Assembly: GCA_965644295.1 (NCBI GenBank)
Contig: CBFFRP010000362.1
Span: forward strand, 124,001-188,000
DNA from: Paraphysomonas bandaiensis
Taxonomy: Eukaryota; Protista; Chrysophyceae
Reading direction: 5' to 3'
DNA length: 64,000 bases
Below, in pieces: positions 1 through 12,980 of this stretch (the stretch's first letter is position 1; every line of letters starts with the position of its first letter). The translations under genes and the position numbers were made by a program. The notes below the pieces were generated by a model. The model was not told the DNA's origin, ran no database searches, and was given only the letters and a program-made list of their open reading frames with translations.

Positions 1-3000
1 ACTCGAAGTTTGCAGGACACCGACCAATCAGTTTGACGCGCTCCATCTTAGACGCTTCAAGACGCTGTCTCTCTTCTTCACGCAGACGCTCTTTCTTAGC
101 TTTCTCGGCTTTTTCTATAGCTTCTTCTATCAATCGACGACGTTCCTCTTCCTCTTCGATACATCGAATTAATTCGGTTACGTTGGGTAATAGTATACAA
201 CACTGTCGACGCAGCATCAGCGAGACTCTATCCGGAGAACTAGATACTTTTCGTGCTACCATAGCAGTCAACTCCTCAGGAATATTTTGGCTTCGGAGAA
301 TATCCCTTGTAACATAAATACTGTATCCCATTTCAGCCAATGCAGAGTCCAGTGCATATAATACATCGTCGTCTGAGCAGTTAATCTCCTCTACCGCTTC
401 CATATCCTCGATATTTTCTTTACAGTCCTCAGTAGGCAACTCTCCAAATGATATATTTTCCATTGTTTGGATACTGGGAACTCCAGAATCACATTGTACT
501 GCCTCACATATAGCGTCGGGTGCATTGAATCTTATAGTTTCACAGTCTCCCTTGTGTGGGGTTGAGTCCATAAGTGGGCGTTGGCTGCGCATGTCCAGCA
601 GGGCCGTGGTAATATCCTCTTCCGTGTAAGTCCCCTCAACAACCCCGTTCTCGTCACATCTCCCCTCACGAGCCGACATCATTTTATCATGAAGGGTAAC
701 GACGTCACCAGCATTCCCCCAACCGTCCCGATGACTCAGGTCTGCAAAACCGTCCAATAGAACACTATGATACGCCTCTGGCAAACGGTTACCTTCTCGA
801 TTACAAAGTTTCGATAGCAAATTCAAGCAGTCATGTGGGGTCCATGCCTCAAAGGGGATTTTTTCTGTGATTCTCCGTCTCAACCCTTCGTTAGAACGGA
901 GGAGCTTATCTATGTCAGCAGCATATCCAGCCAGAATGACGATCATGTTTCCGGCATACTTTGGATCGGTCATATTAGCCAGAAGTTTTTCCACCGCATC
1001 CCGCGAGAATGCAGAACGAGAGGAGTCCAGACCATATGCTTCGTCAATGAATAACACTCCGCCACGTGCCTCATCCATTTTAGCATTTACGAGCGGTGCT
1101 GTCTGTCCAACATAGGAACCGATGAGGTCCATGGCCTTTACCTCTACAACATCTGAGCTGGACAGGAGTCCCAAATTATGAAACACTTCTCCAAAGGCCC
1201 GCGCCACAGTAGTCTTGCCTGTGCCAGGAGGACCAACAAAGCAGAAGTTTTTTAATATATTCTTAGGCTCTTTTCCGTTATATCGAGCCACTTTAATTCT
1301 CTTCTCGATTTTCGTTATGTAATTTCGGATGTTGTCCATGTTGCATAGGTGATCCAACACAGCCACAGCACTGCCCTCACTGGTCACCTCAAACAAATCT
1401 CTGTCTACCAGCACCCATCGACCGTCCTTCTTCTCCCTGTCTGGGCGATTCATCATGCGCTCCTTTCCATGGTCTAGGAGATTGTTAACAGCGCCAGCAT
1501 TTCCAAAGTTTGGCTTTGCGCGTTGCTTTGCGAGAACTTTGACGACGGCTTTCTGGGCCAGCTCTTGAGTTAAATACAGCCCTGTCTTTAGTGCCTTCTC
1601 CATCATGATACTTACCAACTGATCGTCATCGTAATCATCGAAGTGAAATGCATCTTCATACCTAAAGCGACGGGCTAGACCTAAATATATACACATAACT
1701 ATTGGAATAGATAATTTCTCAAAATACAAAGTCGTAACCTGGATTTCCATCTCGAATCATAGCGGACATTTGATCTTTATATCCACATAAAATGACAGCG
1801 AAATCTTCTCCGGGGGTCCCCTGCACCCTTTCTACCAGCACATCTAGAGCTTCTCGACCATACGTCGTTGTGGAAAGGACATAGGCTTCATCAATTACAA
1901 GAACTTTACCCTTAACTGAATCTAGCAGACTGTTAACTTGTTGCGCTGTAGCGCCCACAACTGAGCCTGTCATTTTGCTTGCACCGATTACCGTCACCTC
2001 TCCTATCGAGAGATATCCTAACTCGCACAAAATACGGCCATATATACCGGCAACAGTCGTCTTGCCAGTGCCAGGATTCCCCAGAAACATTCTATGCAAA
2101 CAAATATCCAGTACGCCTTCTCCTCGCAATTCGCTCTTGTAATTTTCTTTTGCGATTTCTAAAATTCCTAACACTGACTGTTTGACCATATCTAATCCGG
2201 ACATTTTCATCAATGACTGAACCACTTCAGAGGAAGAAGGGTCAAGCGGAGGAGAAATCACATCTGGAAGAGTTAATGTTATGCTGTGATGATCAGGCAG
2301 CTTCTCTCCTCTGGCAGCTGCATCTAGAGTTTCTTTTTTCTGCCTTTTGCTCGCAATTCGCATGGCATTTTCAACCATTACTCGAACAGATCGGGCATTA
2401 GCAAATCCTTTGCGACTAGCACTTCTTGAAAGGCGTCGGGCAGCTACACTTGCAACGTCAACTGATGATGTGGGGTAATCAACAGGATTAAAGTTTTCTA
2501 TGTGCCATTTGAATTTAGATTTTACCATATCAATAAAAATAGTACGCAGTTCGTTTTCATTGAAGTCGTCAAACGTTATCTCCATTGGAAAGCGAGAAGA
2601 TATTCCTGAGTTAGAATATACCCATTTCTCCCGCACATCATCCCGGTACCCTGCCACAATAACTGTCAGCTTGTCGCGGTCATTCTCAGTGGCTTCCATA
2701 ATAGCATTGGTAATGGCGCGCCCTTCCTGATTATTCTTAGGATCTAACTGATATACTTCATCTATAAACAAAATCCCCGGTGTAGAATTCTTTAGCAAAG
2801 TACTAAACTTAGAGGAACCGTCTTGGAGTAATTTCTGGCCTGATGTCTCAACAAATTTGTCAGCTACTCGCAATCCAACGGCGGACAATATCTGGCCAAA
2901 TATCCTTGCGGCTGTAGTTTTCCCGGTCCCCGGATTACCGTAAAATATAAAGTTCATTGACTGTCTTGAGCTAACGCGAGACTCCACAGGGCGTTCCATG

Positions 3001-6000
3001 TCTCGTCGCAGAGACTGAAATAAATCAAGGGCCAGATCTTTGACTCGCCGCAAGCCAGTCATATTCATCAGTTGATCAAGTGGCGGACAACTAGCCGCAT
3101 CGAAAAACTTTGCGGCTGCCCAAGAATGAGAGGGATCGCATGACTTATCAGTCAATGCGTTAGTTGCAGCATTTTCTATGTCATCAGCGCATTGTTCCAG
3201 TGTGCTGCGGATTGGGTCTCGAAGTACAATATCCAAAAACGACTTATGGGCTTTGTTCACAATATGCCAACAACTAAGAGGAAACAGGAACCGTATAACA
3301 TCAACCGCACCGTTTTCAGAGGCAGAAAGCAGTGGTGTATTCCCAAGATCGTCCCTCTCGTTTATATCTGCTCCACTCTTCAATAGACCCATAACTGTCA
3401 TAAGGTCGCCTCTGCAAGCAGCCAAGTGCAGCGCGCTCCCTCCTGTGGATGGCACCTTTACCGGAGCTGCGCTCTCAGAAAGAGTAGTGCCATTGCTATA
3501 TTCTGAAAGCACACTATTCCTCATTTTATTTTCGGTTACTTTTTCGCTAACGGCCTGATAAGTTTCAGTAGTCACCTTACGTCTCCTTTCATTCGCTTCA
3601 GCCATCTTTTTCTTAACATATCTAGCCCTTGCAACGGAATCAAGTAGCTCGTTCAATTTTTCAGGATCAAAATGATAAAAAGATTTCAGAGAAGGTGCAG
3701 AGTCCAAACGACTAGCAGCATCGAGCAAGTCAACAGCCTTATTAAGATCCTGTAAAGGCGATAAATTCACTGATACTAAATCATCAGATCCTCCAAGATA
3801 GCACAAGGCAGTGCTGATAAGTGCATCTCGTCTAACGGAATCTGCATTATCACAGTACTCATGACAACGAGATAGCCATAAAGTAGCCTCTCGCAGCTTT
3901 CCCAGAGAAATATTCGCTTGTCCAAGTAACAAATATATATTCGTCAAGTAGGAACAGTACTCGCTCTGACGGGCTTGAGCAACAAGCATAGCTTGAAGGC
4001 ATTCCACAGCCGCCCCTGAGCGGCCTGCAGAGATATCCGCCACAACTGCACCGAGGCGATGCTCCATTTGTCTAGCGAAGAATGTTCGTTGCATGGTACG
4101 CAGTGCGATTCGCACACAAACATCGTATCGGTAAGTTCCAAGTATAGTTTCACCACACTCTGGACACGAAGGTATTCGAATAGTTTCGTTGCCAATCGCA
4201 TCAGCTACAAACAAGGATAGCAAATTAGAAAATAATGATTAAATCTATGGCATGGTAGACATACAAACCTGATTTCGCTCTTAAACAATCCAATAAACTG
4301 ATATCAAACGCATGTCCACAGCGCAGTTCAATAAACCGACGACATGGAATCAGACCAGTTGGAAGATGAAGTAATGAAGCATAAGGTTTGCTAAAGAGGG
4401 AAAGGCTCTTTTCCACGTCCTCCGGTTTGCATTTTTCACAAAGACGTGGGCACCTCTCACCACATATTCCCATACAAGCATGTCCACAAGGAAGAGTTTT
4501 AGAACAGGGGTATTCACAAAGACGCACCAATTCGGATGAGATATGCTCGTCTTCGTTATTTCGTGGAATGAGTTTGTGCTCTTCATGGCATTTCGCAACA
4601 CATTTAAAGTGCTCGCACGAATACGAACACGGCTCCAAACACGTGTCACACTCTTCGCCGCATAACCGTGAACATGGGCCATGCGAGCAGCTGTAGGTAC
4701 ACGGCTTAGAGCATGGAGGACAAGCAGAATTATCGCCACATATATGCATGCCGCGACATTTATGATTGCAAAGCAGCGACCGGGAGCAATTCTTCGTACA
4801 CGGTGGGTGGCGCGTGGAATCAACCATACCATTACAATTACAATCACTACAGCTTCCGCCACAAGCATGGCCGCAGTAAAGGAGTTCGCCACAAGCTTCA
4901 GAACAGAGCATACCACTGATATCTTCCGAACAAAATACTTCTTTGAAATGCCTTGGAGAGAATTTGCAGTACGGAATTGTTTTTTTCACCAGCACTTCAC
5001 AGTATTCGTTACAAGGTAGACCACACCTTAGCGTACATTGATGGCCACACTTTAATACTTTTGAGCAAATTTCTGTGCACTCTACAGATAATACATCCTC
5101 GAAGCACTTTAATGTCACCTCATGTCCACAAGGAAGGGCTTTTCTAACAGGAACCAAACAATCTCCACATCTTTCATAACACTTTTTGGGGCATTGATGA
5201 CTGCACGTGGGCCGTGTGCGGGCACAGGGTTGCTTGCATTTGTGTTCCACGCTATCGTGCCCAGTGCGACTACATGCCGCGTTGCAGGCATGACCACAAG
5301 GCTGCTTAAAACCGCACTTAGCTGGACATCCATACGAAGCTGAGTCTACGTCAGTACCGCAAGATACTTTAACTGTGTGACCACAAGAGGTTCGCAACTT
5401 TTCCATTATGACTGGGCATGGACCACAATCTTCCCAGCAACTCTTTCGGCACAGGTGAGTACAATTATCTGGTCGTGGTTTACGACAAGGCTGACAACAA
5501 CGAATATCGTTGTGTGGGATCGGGTGACAAAGAAGGGGGCATATATGACCACACGTCAATTTTGTGCTACACGGCTGGGTGCAACCACCGTAAGGGCATT
5601 TGTCAAAATCATCTGCACAAGACGCTTCCACCAAAGGTGCATCGGCATGATTCGGACACTGAAGCTGCAAAGACTTTCCGAAAAGATTCTTACTCTTCAT
5701 AAGCCTGCAAATTGTGCTCCACAAGTCGCTCGATTCGCAAAACATATCAAAATCTCCCATGACATACATCCCGTGCCGTGCTCTGGACAGTGCAACGCAT
5801 ACGCGATTGTGAACTTTCACGAAACCAGAAGTCATTTGAGCATTTGATCGTACTAATGACAAAAGAACTATATCACTTTCCTCTCCTTGGTAATTGTCTG
5901 TAGTAGTCATGCGAACCTTTTCTGGTGTTTCCTTTAAAAACGAGCTAAATTTACCACATTAAATAAAAATTCAAAAGCAAGCCAAAACTATTTGTACCTT

Positions 6001-9000
6001 GAAACTCGAGAAGACATTTCATTCGCAAGCCGTCGAAGTAGCATAAGTTGACCCTTATACATGGTTAGAACAACAATGTTTGATGCACGATAACCGTTGA
6101 GAAGAAGAAAATAAACTAGGCGTATCAAATATGCTGCCTCGTGATAATTGGATTTGCTCGCTGATATATCTAATCTAGAGGGGTGATATGCCGCAGCTCC
6201 TTTTATGGAACTGCAACTCTTGGACAACTCTCCGTCTTCCGGCACCTTGTGATTGAGAAAGAAGAGGCGATGTTGCACTCCAGAGACAGGGGGGTACAGG
6301 GATACAGATGGATCATTAATGAGATTGGAATAAATACTGGGCGTGATGAGTGCCGAGATATCTGGGTGCATTCGCCTTTGCGTTGTGAGAGTAACGTGTG
6401 GTACGCCTAAGCGAATCAGCCTTTCAAATAAAGATACATCCAAACCGTTATAGCGTCCAATATTGAATTCAGACACCTGTGGTCGGAGTTGCAAATGATC
6501 TCCAATTAAAATTAAATGCTTCGTTGATGGTGTTAGGGACGCTATCACACTTGCTTCTAGCACCTCAGCCGCCTCCTCAACTATAATTACCTCTGCGCCA
6601 AGTGCACGCAATAACGAATTGTGTTTCGCTGCACCATTGGCTGTCAATCCAATGACGGCTGCATTCTTTAAAACTTCCGCGTCATGAACAGCTTTGAACT
6701 TCAATTCAACGTCAGCAGCGTCTCTAAACATCTTCGTGAACCTCATGATATCCGAGCCTCCGTCTTTATCGAGAAGCCCGGCCCAGTATTTCGCTATTTT
6801 TTCCCGACTTTCTCGCGATATCTTGTAAATCCCAGATGTCGGACCAATATTATCTAGGCTAATAGGAATTAATACTGGGCGTTGTTGAATAATACGGACT
6901 TTAGCTTCATCACTAGTCATGCCGTTCTGAGATGTATCAAGCACAAAGTAGTCATCCCAATCCTCATCTAATATGCGGCTTGAGATTTCAGTTTCTTCGA
7001 TACCATCACTTTCAAAAAGCGGCTTTCTTTCAACTGATTCATCGATCGTCACAGCACTTTCATCAACGCATGCATCCTCGGCTCTAATATCACCCACAGT
7101 TTGCCACTCCTCCGTTGCACGATTCTTCTTCCTCTTGACATTAGCATTTCTTTGTCTCCAACTGTCTATTATTTGTAGCTCTACAGGTGCACGGTCCTGC
7201 GGGGTGTAAGTAGCCATATAGAGAAGGCGCTCATCGACAGACAGGTTCAACCAAGCGGAAAAATCTGAAACCCAGTCGGGGAGAAAATTTTTGCTTTTTT
7301 CATCGGTTTTTTCCATGACGACCGCAGAGCATATAGTCCAAGCATTTTTCTGGACCTCGTAAGGACACCCTATAACTAATTCGTCAATTACACCTCCACG
7401 ACCATTTCCTGTGCTCTCTAGAATAGTTTTGAGTCGCCCAAGTGAACTATTGGGGAAAGAATACAGACTTGTACAATCCTTAGATAAGAGACCACGCTGC
7501 AAGACGGACGCTTGCAAAGCAAGTAAGCTAAATCTCATTCGAGTAAGGGCATCATATTCATCAGAATCACGTTTGTGACATCGTGAATTGGATGCATTCC
7601 TCAAAGACAATCCCTGCATCAGAGTGGACTCAGATCGACCTCCAATTCGGATAATACTCGGCTCAAACTGATAAATCAGTTCTAACATCTGGTCGAGGGC
7701 ATGATTTGTTCCACATATATAAACCACAGGTTTTGGGGCCCTAATCTTCCTGTTTGAGAGCAATATACGCGATATTACCACACCAACGAATGTTTTCCCG
7801 GTACCAGGTGGCCCTTGTATCAGTGACACCCTCTTCGACAGAGCCAATTCAATAGCTCTACGTTGGCTATCATCCAACGAGATATCATCTCCATCCAGCA
7901 AAGGAAGACATGGTGTCGAGAGTGGATTCCAGTATTTCGTCCCGTAACTCTCATTAAAATCAGGGAAACAAGCGGACATGTCCCAACCCCGGGTATCAAT
8001 AGGCGGAGACCTCGAGAGCTGCGATTTACTGTTCGAATTCGATGCCCGCAGGTAAGACGGAGGGCCAATCAATTGACTTTGGCCCAGCAAAATCGTCTTG
8101 AAGGGAAGCATCGCATCTATTCCATGCTTTTGCAGGGCTATCAGCACTGGATAATAGGCCTCAAAGAATACCTTCGATTCAACCATGACATACGACTGAA
8201 GTGGATTGAAGCACTTTTCGCTCCTCGCATCAATAGTTATTGTCACCATAGGTATATTGTTCCTCAGTTGAACACCCCGCAGCACAGTGGCCACAACTAT
8301 AGTGTCTACATTGAAAGTTCCATCAGATGACAGACAAAGTAAACTGCCATTCATAAAACGGGAAGATCGGCTCCAGTCAATAGATTTGTTTTTGCCCAGA
8401 ACTGTAAAAGATACAGAGTAGCCGATTCTGCAATTCAATTGGACCACTTTCTCCACCGTCACATCACTGTACACACATAGGCTTGTATTGCCACCCATAT
8501 GAAGAGTGTTTCGTGCTATCTTCTCTAGCATTTGAGGGCTCGGGGGATTCTGTACAACACCTTCTATCATGTTTAATTGCCCACGAAGTGAGGCAATTCC
8601 TCGGCGCAACTGGGCGAGACAATCTTCACGGTTGAGTTGAAAATGTGTATTTAAGTAGTGATCGGTATTTCGAAACCTCATTGAAGTTGGTGGAGAGTCA
8701 TTGGTCGAATTCTGCGGGCTTTCCTCTTCTGAACATTCGATTTCGTTGTCAATATAGTTGTCACCAGTCTGTTTTCCCTGCCTTCCAATGCTCAGAACTA
8801 AGTTCTGAGGAAGCGAACTAGGAGCACTAGCTAGCAATTCCTCGGGGTGAGGAACAACATTGCACTCTAAGTAATCTCGGTCACGCGCCGGATCATCCAT
8901 GAACCGTATTCCTCGCCGTGCTCGTTGTTTCTCAAACTGTGCGCGATCGCTCTCTGCTTTTTCATCTTCCATTTTCTGGCGTTGGGTATGCTGTACGACT

Positions 9001-9734
9001 TTGATAGAATTCTGCTGCATATCAATCACTGTGATAAGTTGTTCGTAGAGATAGAGCGCTTTTGAAGTGCACTCCTCCTTTCTATTTGCTCCGATCCCTG
9101 AGATCCAGGTGGCCATGATAGGGTGGACCTCAGAGAAAGTGTCTCCCAGTAGAGTCTTCACCCGCAACTCCAGAGTCTCTATCGGCAACATATTGCGACT
9201 GTCAAGAAAGTAACGCATGACAGTCGCAAAGACACCAACCACAGATAAGGCATACTCCACGGACCTCATCCACAGTGAGCTGCCTCTCCCAGAATCTACC
9301 GCTTCAGATACTTGACTTGGCGAAAGAGGGCCCATTTGAAAATACATGGTCATTGCCATAATACTTTGGGGCGAGTTCAAGGGAACATATAACTTCGAGG
9401 CCAACACATTGTTCATGATGTTCGGATGAGACAGTAATTTGAACACAACAGTGAGCAGGTCTCCCGTCATATCACTCTGAATACCTGAGGGTCCCATAAT
9501 TTCACTCCAATTATCTGCATTAGGACCTCTAAACTCATGAATGATCTGATCCTCGCTCCATTTACTTAATTTATTCTCAAGGAATTCGATCTTACAAGCC
9601 AATGAATTGCCAATCTTATTCCTCTTATCCTTAAACCCTTTCGCCTCCCCTTCCCCTCTTCCACTTCTTCCTGGACGTCTTCCCCCACGTCTTCCTCTGC
9701 CATCTCTTCCACGACCACTCCAACTCGAATACAT
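1..9734 (-). CDS. ZNFX1-like SF1 RNA helicase with NF-X1 zinc fingers, split RING-like motif, TPR-like helices, ankyrin repeats and 3 CbbX/SpoVK-type AAA+ domains; runs off the left edge
   Basis: Four exons joined in frame by GT-AG introns 5945-5997, 4205-4268 and 1681-1738 (exons 9734-5998, 5944-4269, 4204-1739, 1680-<1). Helicase motifs QGPPGTGKT, EEAAE, GDHLQLRP, QRRM, DNYQGEE, VALSRAR; many CGHxC fingers; CGH...CPEC; ankyrin ALHLAA/GNTPL; Walker A/B pairs GNPGTGKT/FIDE, GNPGTGKT/VIDE, GPPGTGKT/FIDE. Confidence 0.9.
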
Positions 9735-10670
9735 CTGTAATTATGAGTATCATGTTGCCTGACTGGGAATGTACGTTATTGTCCATTTGTTGGAGTGACC
9801 GTCCAAGATACTAATAATTTATACTTGGAAAGTGTGTAAACATTGACTTCGTCCTCACATTCCCATATATATTTTTGCTCTTTTTTTACAAAGATACTTC
9901 AGTTCTGTACCATTGTATGGGGATAGAGGTTGCTGTGTATAGAGTACTGTAGCACTCATCAGCAGCAGTATTGTAGCTATGTATACGGCGGTATACCGAC
10001 GGTACACACCTGCTACTATGATCATCTACCTTAAGCAGCAGTGTGCAGAGTTAACAACTACAATCGTTGAAGCGAATGTGGTCTATTATTATCCAGCCCC
10101 ACATGGATCTTGCTCTGAATCTCACACTGCAAGTATGATTGGACGGCATGTGCGTATACAAGTCATTCGTATCTGACCTGGCCCATCATGTGTTTGTAGT
10201 TGGGGGTGTTTCCTCACCACAATGTCTAAACGCTTTGATTTTCTATGAATGGGAAAACTCTCTCTGATGACCTAATATTGTTCTGTTCTTGCTGTCAAGA
10301 ACCAAACGCACTTATTATATCTAGCGCCTTTTCATTGTAGTCAACCCTTCAGTTGTGGTGATAGAACAGCGTATGACTTCAAGCATTAGTCAAGGGAATA
10401 ACGAAAGTACCGTGTACTAGGCTAAATCATTCACACCTTGCACAACTGTCAAAATCTCTTGTAAAATTTTGATGATTGCGTAAATTTGAAAAGTTAAGGT
10501 CACTTTGGTCAATGATTTGTTTTATAATTACGTAAAAGTTGAAACTGTATTAGTTACGTGACTAAAATCTAGTTATAGTATTTATCACGAATGCTCTACA
10601 ACTATTGTACTATACTACAGATTTTTTGCTTTCCTATGTTCGTTGCTCTCAACATTTACCCTTTAGTATA

Positions 10671-11178
10671 TATATATTGAAAGTCTTATTATTAGCAATA
10701 GGCGTTAAAAACCTACACCAACTTAGTAGCTAGATGAATGCTAGACAAACTAGTTAGACCTCTATCTGTAACTAATCAGTACACACTTTTTTATCCTACT
10801 ATTTAACGCTACGGAAGCTGCTTGTGCGTCGCCGCAAGCACCAAGGTGCGACCACTTCCGCTCTGAGTTCTTAAGGTGAACATCCTGGATGCTTGACTTC
10901 AGCAGGCAGCCCAATACCCTGGTTACCCTTCAGGTGGACCCTGTCCCGGATGCCCTTGAGGCCCACCCCGGATGCCTGTTTATTCGTCAGGGCCCAAAGA
11001 CGTCTACACAAGTGACACTTATTGGTGTCCCTTGTACCACACAAGCATTTGGCTATGAGTGGGCAGAAGAATATCTGCTGACTGTGTTTGCGGCTCAGGT
11101 TAGTTTCCCAGAGAGAGTCTCTTCGGTACTTATCCCCCATAACACCACGAAAAGGTGCGAGTCCGACTTTGTTGAGGG
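10671..11178 (-). mobile_element. Full-length ~500-bp non-autonomous retroposon (SINE/SIDE-like), copy 1
   Basis: Similar to copies at 20080, 20648, 54222 and 63633 and to the LINE 3' UTR (45088-45275); flanked by direct repeat ACCCTTTAGTATA at 10658-10670 and 11179-11191. Confidence 0.8.
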
Positions 11179-11603
11179 ACCCTTTAGTATAAAGCCAGAA
11201 TGGTTGCAATTGAAACACATGCAAACTTGCTATGGTGAGATAGGGCTATGTATGTACAATGAATTTTTTGTACTAGCGGCTAGTATATTGTACTCCATGT
11301 ATTGGCTGTGTATATATCGTAATCTAGTGTCATTGTTTAGAAAACTCAGCACTTGATACGTGCTCAGAACTTACATGATTATATTCTAGCGTATACTTCA
11401 ATATAAATGCGAAATATAGCTATATGTTATATGTTATATGTAACCACTGGTTATGAGGAAGTTATATCGTCCCCCCGCTCAAAATTTTGAAACGAAGGCG
11501 AAAAGCCCAAGTTTTAAAATATGGACACTAAATGATTCTCCTTATCCCTAGGTTATACTGTAGCTTATCCATATGATATTGAGAGCTTAGTATGTGTGGA
11601 ATA

Positions 11604-12200
11604 CAGGGCTGCATAACAATTAATTGTCACTTATTGAAATTGGAATAGTTGAAATTGAGACATCAAATGATAATTGCAATTATAAGACTAAAAGAGACTA
11701 CAGCCTGCTTCATATAATAGTCAATTCATAGTAATTAATTGGAATACTTGTACTACTACCATCAATTTGAGTACACGTATGTTAGTTTAATTGATAATTT
11801 GATCAATACGCCTATACACCTGTACCGCTCATTGGCTGTGCAAGTCACAAATTAAATCTGGCTGTTATGCTACTCATCTCAAATGAATATTCAAGGCTGG
11901 TGGATAAGTTTTCAACAAATAATGAGCTCTAAAGAATGCTAGAGAGCTCAAAAAATATATCTCTAATGCGCAGTAATCAAACGAAATACCAAATAGGATT
12001 CCACATTTGCAATGATTGATAGTAGTTGCTTGTATTCGACCACTTGCGATCATGCGTGCTTGTTTCTGAAGTGTTAATTCTATATGACCGCAGCACGAAG
12101 TCATCCTACTGCCCCATCTGTGTTCGTCTTCACAAAGATTACGAGGAATTTCTCATAGTTTTGCAAGACTTATGTATGTAATTCGCACAGATTCTAGTAG
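11604..12200 (+). mobile_element. Degenerate hAT-like DNA transposon remnant
   Basis: Starts CAGGGCTGCATAACAATTAATTG, matching the reverse complement of the terminus at 56383; contains transposase motif IGCASHKLNLAV (~11831-11870), also seen at ~55397. Right boundary approximate. Confidence 0.6.
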
Positions 12201-12980
12201 GGTCATATTCACCTCCTATCACCTAACAAGAAGCTTTTCATGATGATGCATGACTCAATATGGGTTAGCATGTTAGCACAACATTGGCTGAGCCCCCCCT
12301 ACTCCCCAGAGCGAGCAGGGTTCTCGTAAACATGTATTGACCATTCGAGTACAGTGTAGATCTAGTTGCAGCTTGCCTGGCACAACACGCAGAAAACATG
12401 CCGGGATTTTAATAGAAATATCAGCATTACATAGTTTAATCAATACTAGTACTTCACTCTTTACGCACGCTGTCGGAATGGGGCAGAACTAACGTAGTAG
12501 AGTTAGTATATATATGCTTCCTTTGATCACATACACTGTAATAACAGAGTGTAATATTTCACCAAACTCTCAAGTCTTGACAATACAAGCGGCACTAGGC
12601 TCTTGTCCTGTGTAACAATCAGAATAGTTTAAGTTTCTGAACTTTCCTTGACTTCAAATACTTTACAAATTGTTGCTATTAAACCTACGTTCAACACTAC
12701 ATAGTTTCTAGCTCTTACATCATAAAATCAATTCTTATTACGCAATGCATATATTGATTCAAGAAAACGGTTAAAACATTATATTACATCTTTGCCGTAT
12801 CTACACTGAGTCGTAAACCGATGACTTATACTGCGCAAAGCATATAACCTACTCGTAAAACCACCTAGTGCCGAAATCTCACTACATAATGCTGACATCA
12901 ATACAAGTGCTAACCTCGAGCAACACTTGACTACTTACATTTCCTATAAACTTGGCTGCGTAAATAAAACAAAGTAAAGA

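Noticed and set aside
1719-4223. Separate bacterial-type CbbX/SpoVK gene
   Set aside because: Non-ATG start; joined in frame to both neighbours by canonical introns.
10871-11356. 117-aa and 155-aa ORFs
   Set aside because: They lie in the short retroposon and frames are not conserved among copies.
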